Shown: positions 36,197-46,404 of the stretch, piece after piece
Layout: each line of letters begins with the position of its first letter
Position numbering within the stretch: the stretch's first letter is position 1
Source of the DNA: an uncultured Campylobacterales bacterium
Lineage (GTDB): Bacteria; Campylobacterota; Campylobacteria; Campylobacterales; QNZT01
Length of the DNA stretch: 64,000 nucleotides
Assembly (NCBI GenBank): GCA_964622255.1
Contig: CAZUPK010000067.1
Coordinates: 3,979 to 67,978 of the forward strand
Direction: 5' to 3'
Program-made: the position numbers and the translations under genes
Notes under the pieces: generated by a model
The model's input: only the letters and a program-made list of their open reading frames with translations
Told to the model about the DNA's origin: nothing
Database searches by the model: none

Positions 36197-39100
36197 TTGG
36201 ATAAAATATTTTTTATGATTAAGAATATTATACAATTTTCCATAAACAAAGCTAAACTTAACCATATATTTTTGATATTTCTCTTTTTGATGGGTGCATT
36301 TGCTTACATAAATGTTCCAAAAGAAATATTCCCTCCAACAAATCTTGATGCTATAAGTATCAGAGGAAATTATGCAGGTGCAAGTCCAAATATCTTAGAT
36401 AATTTAGCAGTTTCTCCCATAGAGGATGAGCTAAAAAATCTATCCGATGTAGAACTTGTTGAAAGCACTATAAAAACCGGAATGTTCACTATAAAAGCAA
36501 CTTTAAAGGATGGAAGCAATATAGATGATGCTTTGAGTGATATAAAAGATATCATCCAAAAGATAAAAAGAGATTTGCCTTCTGATATGGTTGAGCCAAC
36601 TGCAAAAAAGATAAAAAACACCTTCCCACTTGTAACCATAGCCATATCATCAGATGATAAAAAAGAGAGACTCTTAAAAGTTGCCGACGAGTTAAAAAAG
36701 GAGCTTGGCTCTATAAAAGATTTAAGCGATATAAGCATCAGAGGGGATGCCGACAAAGAGCTTGTATTTGCACTAAACAGTAAAAAGATGGAGGCTTTGG
36801 GACTAAAGATATCTCAAATTGTTTCGGCTTTGGCAAATCTCTCAAACACCTTTCCAGTTGGTTTTATAAAGCAAAGAGGGGATCATATATTTTTAAATAC
36901 TCTAAGCGGTTATAAAAGTGTGAAAAAGTTAAAAAACACTCTCATAAAGGTAAATGGTAAGGGAGTTTATTTAAAGGATATAGCAAAGATAGAGTTTAAG
37001 TTAAGTGATGCGACTGAGATTTCACACTTTAACGGAGTGCAAAATATCTCTGTAAATATAAACAAATCAAAAAGCGGGAATGCCATAGCTCTTGTAAAAA
37101 GGATAAAAAAGATACTAAAAAAATATGAAAAAAAGTATCCCAAGTATCACTTAGAAGTTTACAGTGATAGCTCTGTTTGGATAAGGAACCGTCTAAATAC
37201 CGTTATGTCAAATATACTTTTTGGACTTATCCTTGTTTCACTCTCTATTTATACCTTTATAAATGCAAGGATATCATTTGTCGTAGCTTTAGGTATCCCG
37301 ACAAGTTTTATCATAGGGCTTATAGCCTTGGAGATGATGGACTACTCACTAAATATGCTCTCACTCTTAGGAGCTTTGATAGCTCTTGGTATGCTTGTAG
37401 ATGAAGCGATAGTCGTTGCAGAAAACATCCAAAGACACATCGAAGAGAAAGTTCCCCCAAAAGAGGCTGCCATAATCGGAGCAGCTGAGATGTTTCCTGC
37501 AGTTTTAACGGCAACTTCTACTACGATATTTGCCTTTTTACCTATGCTTATTATGAGTGGAGAGATGGGAGTTTTTATGAAGATACTTCCTATTATGATA
37601 ACTATACTTTTACTTAGTTCACTTTTTGAGGCATTTTTCTTTTTACCTCTTCACTCCTATGAGTTTTTAAAAGAGGATAAAAGAGCTAAAAAAACAGACA
37701 AGATGTGGGATAAACTAAAAGAAAAATACAAAAGTATTTTATCAAAACTATTAAAAAGACCTAAACTCTCTCTAACACTATTTTTAGTTTTTACTTTAAG
37801 CGCAACAGTTATACTCTTTAAAAACTCAAAGTTTCAACTCTTTCCAGAGTTTGATACAACACAGATATATATAAAAGGTTCAGTAAATAAAAACTACTCC
37901 ATAGAAGAGACTCAAGAGATAGTATCAAAAGTTGAAAAACTTCTACTTAAAAAACTTGATAAAAAAGATGTTGCATCTATAACCTCCATCTCTGGACTAA
38001 AGATAAACAATAAATTTAAAGCAGATATCTCTCCAAACTATTTTCATATATTTATAAATCTACACGAAAGAGCACCCGAAGGATTTTACAACACCTATAT
38101 AAATCCTCTTTTTTCTCCAGAATACGATGATAAAGATATGATAAGAGAGCATTCGGCATATGAACTTGCAAATATAATAAAAAATATAACAAAAAAGTTT
38201 AAAAAAGATAAAGACTTTGAAGAATTTGACATCGTAGTTCCAACTGCTGGAATAGTAAAAAATGATATAGAAATCTCTTTGATAGGTGAGGATAAAAAGG
38301 TTAAAAAGGCTATAAACAAACTTCAAAAAGCTATAGAGGATATAAATGGAACTTACAATGTAGCAAACGATATGAAAGAGGGAGAAAGAGAGATAAAGTT
38401 TAAGATAAATCCTTATGGAGAGTCATTGGGCTTTAGTGAAAAATATCTTGCAAATATCCTTCGTCCGCTATTTTTAAAGTTAGAAATCTCAAATATGTAT
38501 CTAAATGGAAAACTAATAAAGGTAAAAACCGAAGATATAAATAAAGATAAAGTTAGTGCTTTAAAAACTCTTTTCATATCCATTCCAAACTCAAACAAAA
38601 AGGTTTTGTTAAAAGATATAGCTAACTTTAATATCAAAAAAATTTATTCCACCATCTATAAAGAGGATGGTTCGATTATATGGACAATAACCGGTAGTTT
38701 GGATAAAAAGCTTATAACCTCTGCAGAACTTATGAAAAGATTAGAGCCTATTTTTAAAAAGATAAGAGAAGAAGGCATAGAGGTAAAGATAAAAGGTGAG
38801 CAAAAGGAAAACCAAAAGGTAAAAAGAGAGATGACTCAAGCCGGACTTATTGCTTTGTTTTTGATATTTATCGCTCTTGTTTGGATGTTTGATAGCATCT
38901 TTTTATCACTGCTTGTTTTATCAATTATTCCACTTTCAATATTTGGTGTTTTAGTTGGACATCTTATTATGGGATTAAACTTAACTATGCCAGGACTTGT
39001 CGGTGTAGTGGGACTTAGCGGAGTTGTTGTAAATGATGGCATTATTATAATAGATTTTTTAAAAAAAGCAACTTCAAAGGATGAAGTTTTAGAGTTTGCT

Positions 39101-39313
39101 TCAAAGAGACTCCGCCCCATTATGCTTACTTCCATAACAACTATACTTGGACTTTCTACTTTGATATTTTTTGCATCAGGACAGTCAGTCATACTCCAAC
39201 CTATGGCAGTAAGTTTAGGTTATGGTCTGCTTTGGGCTACAGTGTTAAATCTTTTCTTCTTGCCTTTATTTTATTATGTATTTAAGAAAAATATGTTTGT
39301 AAGCACCAAGTAA
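36197..39313 (+). CDS. RND-superfamily permease, no adjacent adaptor or outer-membrane component
   Basis: 1038 aa from TTG 36197 (ATG 36215, MIKNIIQF.., is equally possible). 12-TM RND layout, ALGMLVDEAIVVAENI, RLRPIMLTSITTILGLSTLIF. Confidence 0.85.
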   Translation: MDKIFFMIKNIIQFSINKAKLNHIFLIFLFLMGAFAYINVPKEIFPPTNLDAISIRGNYAGASPNILDNLAVSPIEDELKNLSDVELVESTIKTGMFTIKATLKDGSNIDDALSDIKDIIQKIKRDLPSDMVEPTAKKIKNTFPLVTIAISSDDKKERLLKVADELKKELGSIKDLSDISIRGDADKELVFALNSKKMEALGLKISQIVSALANLSNTFPVGFIKQRGDHIFLNTLSGYKSVKKLKNTLIKVNGKGVYLKDIAKIEFKLSDATEISHFNGVQNISVNINKSKSGNAIALVKRIKKILKKYEKKYPKYHLEVYSDSSVWIRNRLNTVMSNILFGLILVSLSIYTFINARISFVVALGIPTSFIIGLIALEMMDYSLNMLSLLGALIALGMLVDEAIVVAENIQRHIEEKVPPKEAAIIGAAEMFPAVLTATSTTIFAFLPMLIMSGEMGVFMKILPIMITILLLSSLFEAFFFLPLHSYEFLKEDKRAKKTDKMWDKLKEKYKSILSKLLKRPKLSLTLFLVFTLSATVILFKNSKFQLFPEFDTTQIYIKGSVNKNYSIEETQEIVSKVEKLLLKKLDKKDVASITSISGLKINNKFKADISPNYFHIFINLHERAPEGFYNTYINPLFSPEYDDKDMIREHSAYELANIIKNITKKFKKDKDFEEFDIVVPTAGIVKNDIEISLIGEDKKVKKAINKLQKAIEDINGTYNVANDMKEGEREIKFKINPYGESLGFSEKYLANILRPLFLKLEISNMYLNGKLIKVKTEDINKDKVSALKTLFISIPNSNKKVLLKDIANFNIKKIYSTIYKEDGSIIWTITGSLDKKLITSAELMKRLEPIFKKIREEGIEVKIKGEQKENQKVKREMTQAGLIALFLIFIALVWMFDSIFLSLLVLSIIPLSIFGVLVGHLIMGLNLTMPGLVGVVGLSGVVVNDGIIIIDFLKKATSKDEVLEFASKRLRPIMLTSITTILGLSTLIFFASGQSVILQPMAVSLGYGLLWATVLNLFFLPLFYYVFKKNMFVSTK

Positions 39314-39332
39314 TCTACCTCTTTGATTGTTC

Positions 39333-39701
39333 TTAAAAATCTCTCAACTTCCCTTTTTTTTGACTCTTGAAATTTCTAAAAAAGCCATTAGAAACCTCAT
39401 AACATAGCCTTATAAGTTCTTCTACATCCTTTGATTTAAGTGGCCAGGTATTAAGTATAAAAAGTTCATTTTCCTTTGTTAGCAATCCATATTCACTTAA
39501 TATAACCGCAACAAGACTTTCAACTATAACTTCATACTTTTCTAAAGAGTGTTTGTTTTCAAAAATATATATAAGTTTTGCTATCTGTTTTTTTGTTGCT
39601 CTACCATTGTTTTTAAGTAGTAGAAAAAGTGTTGCCGGAATATAAATATCGCCTCTTCTAACTTTGTTTTTTATAAAATTTTCTAAAATATATTTTGCCA
39701 T
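39333..39701 (-). CDS. hypothetical protein (122 aa)
   Basis: ORF only: MAKYILENFIKNKVRRGDIYIPATLFLLLKNNGRATKKQIAKLI... The N-terminal half has a helix-turn-helix-like feel. I recognise no family. Confidence 0.5.
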   Translation of the reverse strand: MAKYILENFIKNKVRRGDIYIPATLFLLLKNNGRATKKQIAKLIYIFENKHSLEKYEVIVESLVAVILSEYGLLTKENELFILNTWPLKSKDVEELIRLCYEVSNGFFRNFKSQKKGKLRDF

Positions 39702-39793
39702 ATGATAAACCTTTTTGTTTTTATTGTATAAAAAAATTTACCTTTTTGTGCAAAATAGAAAAAATTTTGTATAAAATTTTTCTTGGTTGTTAC

Positions 39794-40444
39794 TTAGAGT
39801 GATAAAAAAAACCTGATAACACTATTTATAGGAGTAAATATGACCGAAGACAATGGAGTTGCTATGATAATCATCAAAACTATTATACCATATTGAGAAA
39901 ATCTCTCTATCAAAACTGCAACTTTTGAAAAACCTAAACCATAAAGAATAAATATCAAAGCTTTTGAACCATCAAGTGGAGGCATAGGAAAGAGATTAAA
40001 TACTCCCAAAACTATGTTATACACAAGTGTATATAGTAAAAATTTCGCTAAAAAATAGTCGATAGCCCCACCATTTAAAGGGATAACTTTTAAAATAATA
40101 AGTGCTAAAGTAGCTAAAGTAAAATTATAGTAAATTCCTGCAAGTGAAACTTGAAATCCTGCAAAAAATCCCCCATTACTTACAACTTTTCTCATATCTA
40201 TTGGTACAGGTTTTGCCCAACCGAACATAAATCCTGCATTTGAGAAATATAAAAGTAGAGGGAGGATGATGCTTCCAATAGGATCTATATGATTTATGGG
40301 ATTTATATTAAATCTTCCCTCTTTTTTTGCTGTATCATCTCCATAATAGTAAGCCATCTTTCCATGCATAATCTCGTGACCGATGATAGCTATCATAAGA
40401 GCTAAAACAACAGCGATGATATTTAATATTTCGACTAAGTTCAT
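39794..40444 (-). CDS. site-2 protease family (M50) zinc metalloprotease
   Basis: 216 aa polytopic membrane protein. HEIMHG (HExxH) near the N-terminus, NLFPMPPLDGSK. Confidence 0.8.
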   Translation of the reverse strand: MNLVEILNIIAVVLALMIAIIGHEIMHGKMAYYYGDDTAKKEGRFNINPINHIDPIGSIILPLLLYFSNAGFMFGWAKPVPIDMRKVVSNGGFFAGFQVSLAGIYYNFTLATLALIILKVIPLNGGAIDYFLAKFLLYTLVYNIVLGVFNLFPMPPLDGSKALIFILYGLGFSKVAVLIERFSQYGIIVLMIIIATPLSSVIFTPINSVIRFFLSL

Positions 40445-40445
40445 T

Positions 40446-41279
40446 TTACTCTACCTCTCTTCCAAGTGGAATACTTTTATCTATATAACTTTTATCAACT
40501 TCCAAGTCTTTAACAAAAGCTCCCATTCTATTCCACTTTATCTCATAGTTTTCATCCCAACTAAAATAGATAAACCAAGGAGTTCCCTCGACATATTTAT
40601 ATGGAACAAATCCCCAAAATCTACTATCATTTGAGTGGTCACGGTTGTCTCCCATCATAAAAAAGTTATCTTTAGGCACTAAAGTTGGCGGAAAGTTAAA
40701 AAGTTCTGGTGGGTAAATGCCTATATCTTTTATATTTGGATCGTTTTGGATACCCGGAAATTTTTTTCGATAGGGATTTTTAAGCCAAAGTTTTCCATCT
40801 ATTTCTTCATATTGATCTTTAGAAAAGTTTTTCTTTACATACTCATTCCCCTCGTGAGGTAAAATATACAAAATTTTATTTCTTAGCATTACGGTATCAC
40901 CACCAACACCAATACATCTTTTTACAAAGTGCAATCTTGGATTTTTGGGATACTTAAAAACTACTATATCTCCTCTTTTGGGTCTATCTCCTTCTACTAA
41001 GTGTCCATTGCCATTAAAATCTGGTAAAATTTGAAGTTCTATCCAAGGTATAGTTGGGATTGGGATACCATAAGCAAACTTTTTAACAAACAGATGATCC
41101 CCTATAAGTAAAGTTCTCTTCATACTTCCACTTGGTATAACAAATGCTTGAGCTACAAAAAAGATGATAAATAAAACTATGATAATAGTTCCTGTCCACG
41201 AGTTTGAAAAAGTTATCAGTTTAGAAAAAATACCATCTTTTGAAGATGATTGAGTGGATAAGTCCTTATTTTCTTCCAT
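40446..41279 (-). CDS. lepB: signal peptidase I
   Basis: Start moved to ATG at complement 41277-41279 (MEENKDLSTQ..). The track's longer 310-aa version overlaps folD by 100 nt. Motifs IPSGSMKRTL (Ser), FVKRCIG (Lys), GDNRDHSNDSRFWGFVP. Confidence 0.9.
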   Translation of the reverse strand: MEENKDLSTQSSSKDGIFSKLITFSNSWTGTIIIVLFIIFFVAQAFVIPSGSMKRTLLIGDHLFVKKFAYGIPIPTIPWIELQILPDFNGNGHLVEGDRPKRGDIVVFKYPKNPRLHFVKRCIGVGGDTVMLRNKILYILPHEGNEYVKKNFSKDQYEEIDGKLWLKNPYRKKFPGIQNDPNIKDIGIYPPELFNFPPTLVPKDNFFMMGDNRDHSNDSRFWGFVPYKYVEGTPWFIYFSWDENYEIKWNRMGAFVKDLEVDKSYIDKSIPLGREVE

Positions 41280-42124
41280 TAGTTTATCCTTTGCTTTGTA
41301 GCTTTTATAGTATTTGACAGAAGCATAGCGATAGTCATAGGTCCCACACCACCAGGGACTGGAGTTATATATGAACACTTTTTAGAAACATTTTTAAAGT
41401 CCACATCTCCAACAAGTCTTCCATTTTCAAGTCTATTTATACCTATATCTATAACTATTGCACCATCTTTTACCATATCTTCAGTTATAAGATTTGGTTT
41501 CCCAACACCAACTATAACCATATCAGCTCTTTTTGTATGCTCTTTTAAATCTTTTGTAAATATATGACATATATCAACAGTTGCAAACTTATTTAAAAGT
41601 AGGTTGTGCATAGGTTTTCCAACTATATTACTAGCTCCTACTATACAAACATCCATTCCCTTAGGATTTATATTATAATTTTTTAGCATTTGCATAACTC
41701 CAAGTGGAGTGCACGGAACAAAACCATCAAGTCCTACACAGAGCCTTCCTACATTGAAAGGGTGAAAACCATCTACATCCTTTTTAGGATCTATACTCTC
41801 TAAGATAAGATCACTATCTATATGCTTTGGCAAAGGAAGTTGAACAAGTATGCCATCTATGTTAGGATTTTCATTCATCATTTTGATGGTTTCTACAATT
41901 CTTTCTTGCGATATATCACTTGGCATCTTATGAACTATGGAGTAGATACCGATTTTTTCACAAGAACTCTCTTTCATTTTTACATAGGTATGACTTGCTG
42001 GATCATCCCCTACAAGTAAGACTGCAAGTCCGGGAGTTATACCCTTTGCTTTTAGTTTTTTTACTTCATCAACTAATTCTTTTTTTATCTCATCAGACAG
42101 TGCTTTTCCATCTATTAAAATCAT
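41279..42124 (-). CDS. folD: bifunctional methylenetetrahydrofolate dehydrogenase/cyclohydrolase
   Basis: 281 aa. GDDPASHTYVKMK, GILVQLPLP, VGASNIVGKPM, PVPGGVGPMTIAMLL. Confidence 0.95.
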   Translation of the reverse strand: MILIDGKALSDEIKKELVDEVKKLKAKGITPGLAVLLVGDDPASHTYVKMKESSCEKIGIYSIVHKMPSDISQERIVETIKMMNENPNIDGILVQLPLPKHIDSDLILESIDPKKDVDGFHPFNVGRLCVGLDGFVPCTPLGVMQMLKNYNINPKGMDVCIVGASNIVGKPMHNLLLNKFATVDICHIFTKDLKEHTKRADMVIVGVGKPNLITEDMVKDGAIVIDIGINRLENGRLVGDVDFKNVSKKCSYITPVPGGVGPMTIAMLLSNTIKATKQRIN

Positions 42125-42182
42125 TTTTTACCTTTAAAAAATTTTGGATATTATATCTATATAAGTTTAAATCGGAGTTTTT

Positions 42183-42548
42183 ATGAAAATAGTATATTTT
42201 TTATTTATTTTTTTTATCTTTTTACAAGCAGAAGAGGATTTTTTATCAAATGATGAATATGCAAGGATGCTTTATGAAAATCCTCGCGGTATTGCTTGTG
42301 GTGCTTGTCATGGCAAGAGGGGAGAAGGTGGTATATTAACAGCTTATACCATAGAAAAAAATGGAGAGAAGATTAAAAAAGAGATAAAAGCTCCAAGGAT
42401 AAATAACCTTGGAATAAAAGAGTTTAAAAAAGCTTTTGAAAAGAAAAAGAGATATATGCCAAGTTATTATCTAACAGAAAAAGAGTTGGCATATATCTAC
42501 TACTATCTACTAAAACAAAGGAAGAGTGATGAAGATAAAAAGAAGTAA
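42183..42548 (+). CDS. small periplasmic c-type cytochrome
   Basis: 121 aa. Signal peptide, single haem motif CGACHG, downstream Met (RYMPSY). Confidence 0.75.
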   Translation: MKIVYFLFIFFIFLQAEEDFLSNDEYARMLYENPRGIACGACHGKRGEGGILTAYTIEKNGEKIKKEIKAPRINNLGIKEFKKAFEKKKRYMPSYYLTEKELAYIYYYLLKQRKSDEDKKK

Positions 42549-43815
42549 AAAAGAGTTTGAATTAGCAAAAGAGTATATACCAGGTGGAGTGGACTCTCCT
42601 GTTAGAGCCTTTAAAAGTGTTGGTGGAACACCGCTTTTTATAAAAAGGGCTAGGGGTGCTTTTATAGAGGATATAGATGGAAACAGATATGTTGATTTTG
42701 TTCAGAGTTGGGGACCACTCATCTTTGGTCATACAAACAAAAAAATAGAAAAAGCGGTGTGCAAATCTGCAAAAAAAGGACTAAGTTTTGGAACTCCAAC
42801 AAGGGTTGAGACAAAACTAGCAAAAGAGATAGTTAAACTTTTCCCAAATATAGACAAAGTTAGATTTGTAAGCAGTGGAACCGAAGCTGTTATGAGTGCT
42901 ATAAGAGTTGCTCGTGGATTTACCTCAAAAGAGGATATAGTTAAGTTTGAAGGTTGCTATCACGGACATAGTGACTCACTTTTAGTTAGTGCAGGAAGTG
43001 GTGCGGCTACTTTTGGGTCGCCAAGCTCTCCGGGAGTTCCTGCAGATCTAACAAAACATACTCTTTTAGCAAAATACAATGACATAGAGAGTGTTAAAAA
43101 GTGTTTTAGTGATAGTTCAAATATAGCATGTGTTATCATAGAGCCAATAGCTGGAAATATGGGTCTTGTTCCTGCAAATATAGAATTTTTAAAAAAACTT
43201 AGAGAACTTTGTGATGAAAATGGTGCTTTGCTTATCTTTGATGAAGTTATGAGTGGATTTAGAGCTAGTTTAAGAGGGGCTAGTGGGATAGTTGGAGTTG
43301 AAGCAGATATTTTAACTTTTGGAAAAGTCATTGGTGGTGGTATGCCAGTTGGTGCTTTTGGTGCAAAAGATAGGATAATGGACAGACTAAGTCCTGACGG
43401 AGATATATATCAAGCAGGAACTCTTAGTGGAAATCCGGTAGCTATGAGTGCAGGGCTAAAGTCACTAAAGATGATAAAAAAGGATGAAAAACTTTACACA
43501 AAACTTGAAAACTTAGCAAATATGCTTATGGATGGTTTTAAAGAGGGAGCAAAGGAGGTTGGACTTGCTATTCAAACTGAGGTTAGAGGAAGTATGTTTG
43601 GGTTTTTCTTTAACCAAAAGCCGGTAAAAAACTTTGATGATGCACAAAGAAGTGATGCTAAACTTTTTGCGAAATTTCATCAAGAGATGTTAAAAGAGGG
43701 AGTTTATCTAGCTTGTAGTCAATATGAAACTGGATTTATATGTGAGCCTATGGATGAAAGACTTATAAAAAAAGTTGTCAAAAAGGCCAAAAAAGCTATG
43801 AAAAAAATATTATGA
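42526..43815 (+). CDS. hemL: glutamate-1-semialdehyde 2,1-aminomutase
   Basis: 429 aa (ATG 42529 is the likelier start). [30 protein letters not shown] (PLP Lys), GTLSGNP. Confidence 0.9.
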   Translation: MMKIKRSKKEFELAKEYIPGGVDSPVRAFKSVGGTPLFIKRARGAFIEDIDGNRYVDFVQSWGPLIFGHTNKKIEKAVCKSAKKGLSFGTPTRVETKLAKEIVKLFPNIDKVRFVSSGTEAVMSAIRVARGFTSKEDIVKFEGCYHGHSDSLLVSAGSGAATFGSPSSPGVPADLTKHTLLAKYNDIESVKKCFSDSSNIACVIIEPIAGNMGLVPANIEFLKKLRELCDENGALLIFDEVMSGFRASLRGASGIVGVEADILTFGKVIGGGMPVGAFGAKDRIMDRLSPDGDIYQAGTLSGNPVAMSAGLKSLKMIKKDEKLYTKLENLANMLMDGFKEGAKEVGLAIQTEVRGSMFGFFFNQKPVKNFDDAQRSDAKLFAKFHQEMLKEGVYLACSQYETGFICEPMDERLIKKVVKKAKKAMKKIL

Positions 43816-44105
43816 ATAAAACAAAAAAACTAAAATATGGAAAAATTATAGAGGGAGCCGAACAACTTTCTTTGGGTATATCCGTAGTTGTAGCTATCCT
43901 TTTAGGAGTGGCTATGGGATTATGGATGAAAAATACATTTAACCAAGCTTGGCTTTTATGGCTTGGAGTATTTTGGGGTATAGGTGGCGCAATACTAAAT
44001 GTAAAAAAAGCTTATGATAAGCAAAAAAGAGAGTTGGATAAAATAAAAGATGATCCAAAGTATAGTTATAAAAGGGATTTAGATGATGACGAAGATGAGT
44101 ATTAA
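43812..44105 (+). CDS. AtpZ/AtpI-type small membrane protein (putative F0F1-ATPase-associated)
   Basis: 97 aa. Two TM helices [20 protein letters not shown] and [18 protein letters not shown], acidic tail. ATGA overlap with hemL. Confidence 0.55.
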   Translation: MNKTKKLKYGKIIEGAEQLSLGISVVVAILLGVAMGLWMKNTFNQAWLLWLGVFWGIGGAILNVKKAYDKQKRELDKIKDDPKYSYKRDLDDDEDEY

Positions 44106-44601
44106 AAAACTTATCTTCATCTTTATGGTTGTTGATTTTGTCATTTTAACTTTCTCTTTTTTTAAAAATATAAACTTTTTTCTTAGCTCACAAGCTGGTT
44201 TTATCTCTTCACTTTTAGTAACTTTAGCATCATATAGAGGATATAAAAAGATGGTGGAGCATAAAGTTGCTATAGGAGATATACCAAAAGAGGATAGAGA
44301 TGAATTTGATAAAATAGATGATAAATTTAAACTATATGATGAAAAAAATCAAAATAAAGAGTTGGATTTTAAAGAGGTGTTAGCACAAGAGAAAGTTAAG
44401 ATAAAGGGCTTTAAAAAAAGTATCACAAATACTAAAAAGAGTTTTTTTGCCTTTATCTCTCCTTTTAGACTCTTTGCATATCTGTTTTTAACAGCATCTT
44501 TTTTATATCTAAACACTCATCATATGCTTGATATTTTTGGGTTTTTAGTTGGTATCTCTGTAGTTAGTTTAGTAAGCTTAATAGCTTCGATTTATACATA
44601 G
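44083..44601 (+). CDS. membrane protein, 4 predicted TM helices (AtpI-like by position)
   Basis: 172 aa. Hydrophobic N- and C-terminal pairs around a charged loop. Overlaps the upstream gene by 23 nt. Confidence 0.5.
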   Translation: MMTKMSIKKLIFIFMVVDFVILTFSFFKNINFFLSSQAGFISSLLVTLASYRGYKKMVEHKVAIGDIPKEDRDEFDKIDDKFKLYDEKNQNKELDFKEVLAQEKVKIKGFKKSITNTKKSFFAFISPFRLFAYLFLTASFLYLNTHHMLDIFGFLVGISVVSLVSLIASIYT

Positions 44602-44779
44602 ATAGCATTTATTTTTCATATTCTAGTAATATTGTAGCAAGTAGTTTGCTAACTACATCATATCATAATCAATCTCTTGTTTTTCAGATAATCTTTGTAT
44701 TATTCTGTAATATTATTTATTATTTGGAAAAAGTGATGTTACACTTTATTTCCTACTCTCATAATTTAGGAATAATAAA

Positions 44780-44837
44780 TTTTGAACAAGAGTAAAAATA
44801 TGTTTAAGCTTAGTTTAAAATTTCGTGAAATTTGGCT
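44780..44837. repeat. right half of the 126-bp miniature element
   Basis: ttttgaacaagagtaaaaatatgtttaagCttAgtttaaaatttcgtgaaatttggct matches 34048-34105 with 2 mismatches. Confidence 0.65.
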
Positions 44838-44876
44838 GAATAAAACTTGACATTATCTGCTTCTTAAAACTATTTT

Positions 44877-45113
44877 AATCATGATTACATTATAATAGAC
44901 AACAGTTTCATATGCCTGGGTGATACGATAACCATGAAATGAGGGTCCGACACTGTGCTTTTGGAGTGAGTCGTACTCTTTGTGGTGTGTGAAGGCTGTA
45001 TTAAGCTACGAATCTAGTAACAGTCATCCCTAAAGCAAAGGTCGCTCGCTTATTTTTGGCTTGTTAGGGCCAATTATTTAAATGGGACGGTTACCTGGGT
45101 GTAATGATTCGTA
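44877..45113. ncRNA. candidate structured non-coding RNA upstream of purD (possibly 6S RNA/ssrS)
   Basis: ORF-free block, clearly GC-richer than the surrounding spacer, with many complementary segments (details in findings). Lies next to purD. Strand and exact ends not determined. Confidence 0.4.
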
Positions 45114-45138
45114 TTTAAAAATTTAATATAGGATTTTT

Positions 45139-46404
45139 ATGAAAGTTTTAATAGTAGGAAGTGGTGGTAGGGAGTATTCTATAGGCGTTAGACTCTCAAA
45201 AGAACAAGAAATAAAAAAGATTTATTTTGCACCGGGTAATGGTGCAACAGAAGATATAGCAGACTTTGTAGAAAATATAGATATAAAAGATTTTGAGAAG
45301 CTTGCTGATTTTGTAAAGAAAAATGGTATAGATTTGACCATAGTAGGTCCAGAAGCTCCTTTGGTGGATGGTATAGTAGATGTTTTTAAAGCACGAAATC
45401 TGACAATTTTTGGCCCAACTAAGAGTGCTTCACAACTTGAAGGTTCAAAAGTATTTATGAAAAATTTTTTAAAAAAATATAATATCCCAACAGCAAAGTA
45501 TATAGAAACTGATAGTAATCAAGAGGCATACAATTTTATAGATAATTTAACTCCTCCTATAGTTATAAAAGCGGATGGGCTGTGTGCAGGAAAGGGTGTT
45601 ATTATCTCAAAAAGTAAAGAAGAAGCAAAAGAAGCGGTTGATAATATGCTTAGCGGAAAAAGTTTTGGTGATGCAGGTAAAAGAGTCATAGTTGAAGAGT
45701 ATTTGGATGGGTATGAGTTGTCAGTTTTTGCCATATGTGATGGAGAGGATTTTAAACTTTTACCTGTGGCTCAAGATCATAAAAGACTTTTAGATGGCGA
45801 TAAGGGACCAAACACTGGTGGTATGGGGGCTTATGCTCCAACTCCTTTGGTAAATGAAGATATTTATAGGCAGATTAGAGAAGATGTTGTAAAACCGACA
45901 CTTGAGGGTATGAAAAAAGAGGGTACGCCTTATGAGGGTGTGCTTTTTATAGGACTTATGGTTGTAAATGGTGAAGCAAAAGTTTTAGAGTACAATGTCC
46001 GATTTGGTGATCCTGAGTGTGAGATACTTATGCCACTTATAAAAAGTAGTGTATTTGATCTCTTTTACAAAGGTGCCACAAAAGATCTTGATAGTTTGGA
46101 TATTAAGATAGATGATAGATGTGCTGTTTGTGTGGTTGGAGCTAGCAAGGATTATCCATATAAAAGTTCTACCCCTGCAAAGATAACGATAGATAAGATA
46201 GATGATGAAGATGTTCATATCTCTTTTGCAGGGGTTAGTAAGAAAAATGGAGAGTTGTTGGCAACCGGTGGTAGGGTTTTACTTGCAGTTGGACTTGGAA
46301 ATAGTATAAAAAAGGCAAGAGATAGAGCATATGGTTTGATGCAAAAAATTCATTTTGAAGGAAAACAGTTTAGGAATGATATAGCTTATCAAGTTTTAAA
46401 GTAG
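45139..46404 (+). CDS. purD: phosphoribosylamine-glycine ligase
   Basis: 421 aa. MKVLIVGSGGREYS, ATP-grasp VIKADGLCAGKGV, EYNVRFGDPE. Confidence 0.95.
   Translation: MKVLIVGSGGREYSIGVRLSKEQEIKKIYFAPGNGATEDIADFVENIDIKDFEKLADFVKKNGIDLTIVGPEAPLVDGIVDVFKARNLTIFGPTKSASQLEGSKVFMKNFLKKYNIPTAKYIETDSNQEAYNFIDNLTPPIVIKADGLCAGKGVIISKSKEEAKEAVDNMLSGKSFGDAGKRVIVEEYLDGYELSVFAICDGEDFKLLPVAQDHKRLLDGDKGPNTGGMGAYAPTPLVNEDIYRQIREDVVKPTLEGMKKEGTPYEGVLFIGLMVVNGEAKVLEYNVRFGDPECEILMPLIKSSVFDLFYKGATKDLDSLDIKIDDRCAVCVVGASKDYPYKSSTPAKITIDKIDDEDVHISFAGVSKKNGELLATGGRVLLAVGLGNSIKKARDRAYGLMQKIHFEGKQFRNDIAYQVLK

Noticed and set aside
41280-41378. N-terminal 33-codon extension of lepB in the track ORF (40446..41378).
   Set aside because: It would overlap the folD 3' end by 100 nt. 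The internal ATG at 41279, in a TAATG junction with the folD stop, gives a normal signal peptidase I N-terminus.
44911-45101. ZTP (pfl-motif) riboswitch in front of purD, suggested by GGGTCCGACACTG and the 3' ACGGTTACCTGGGTG, which resemble parts of the motif.
   Set aside because: The resemblance is limited to short pieces. I could not place the conserved CCGGGCGGA / CCGCCTGGGC pseudoknot partners, and the spacer would be unusually long. It is kept only as something to test with a covariance model.
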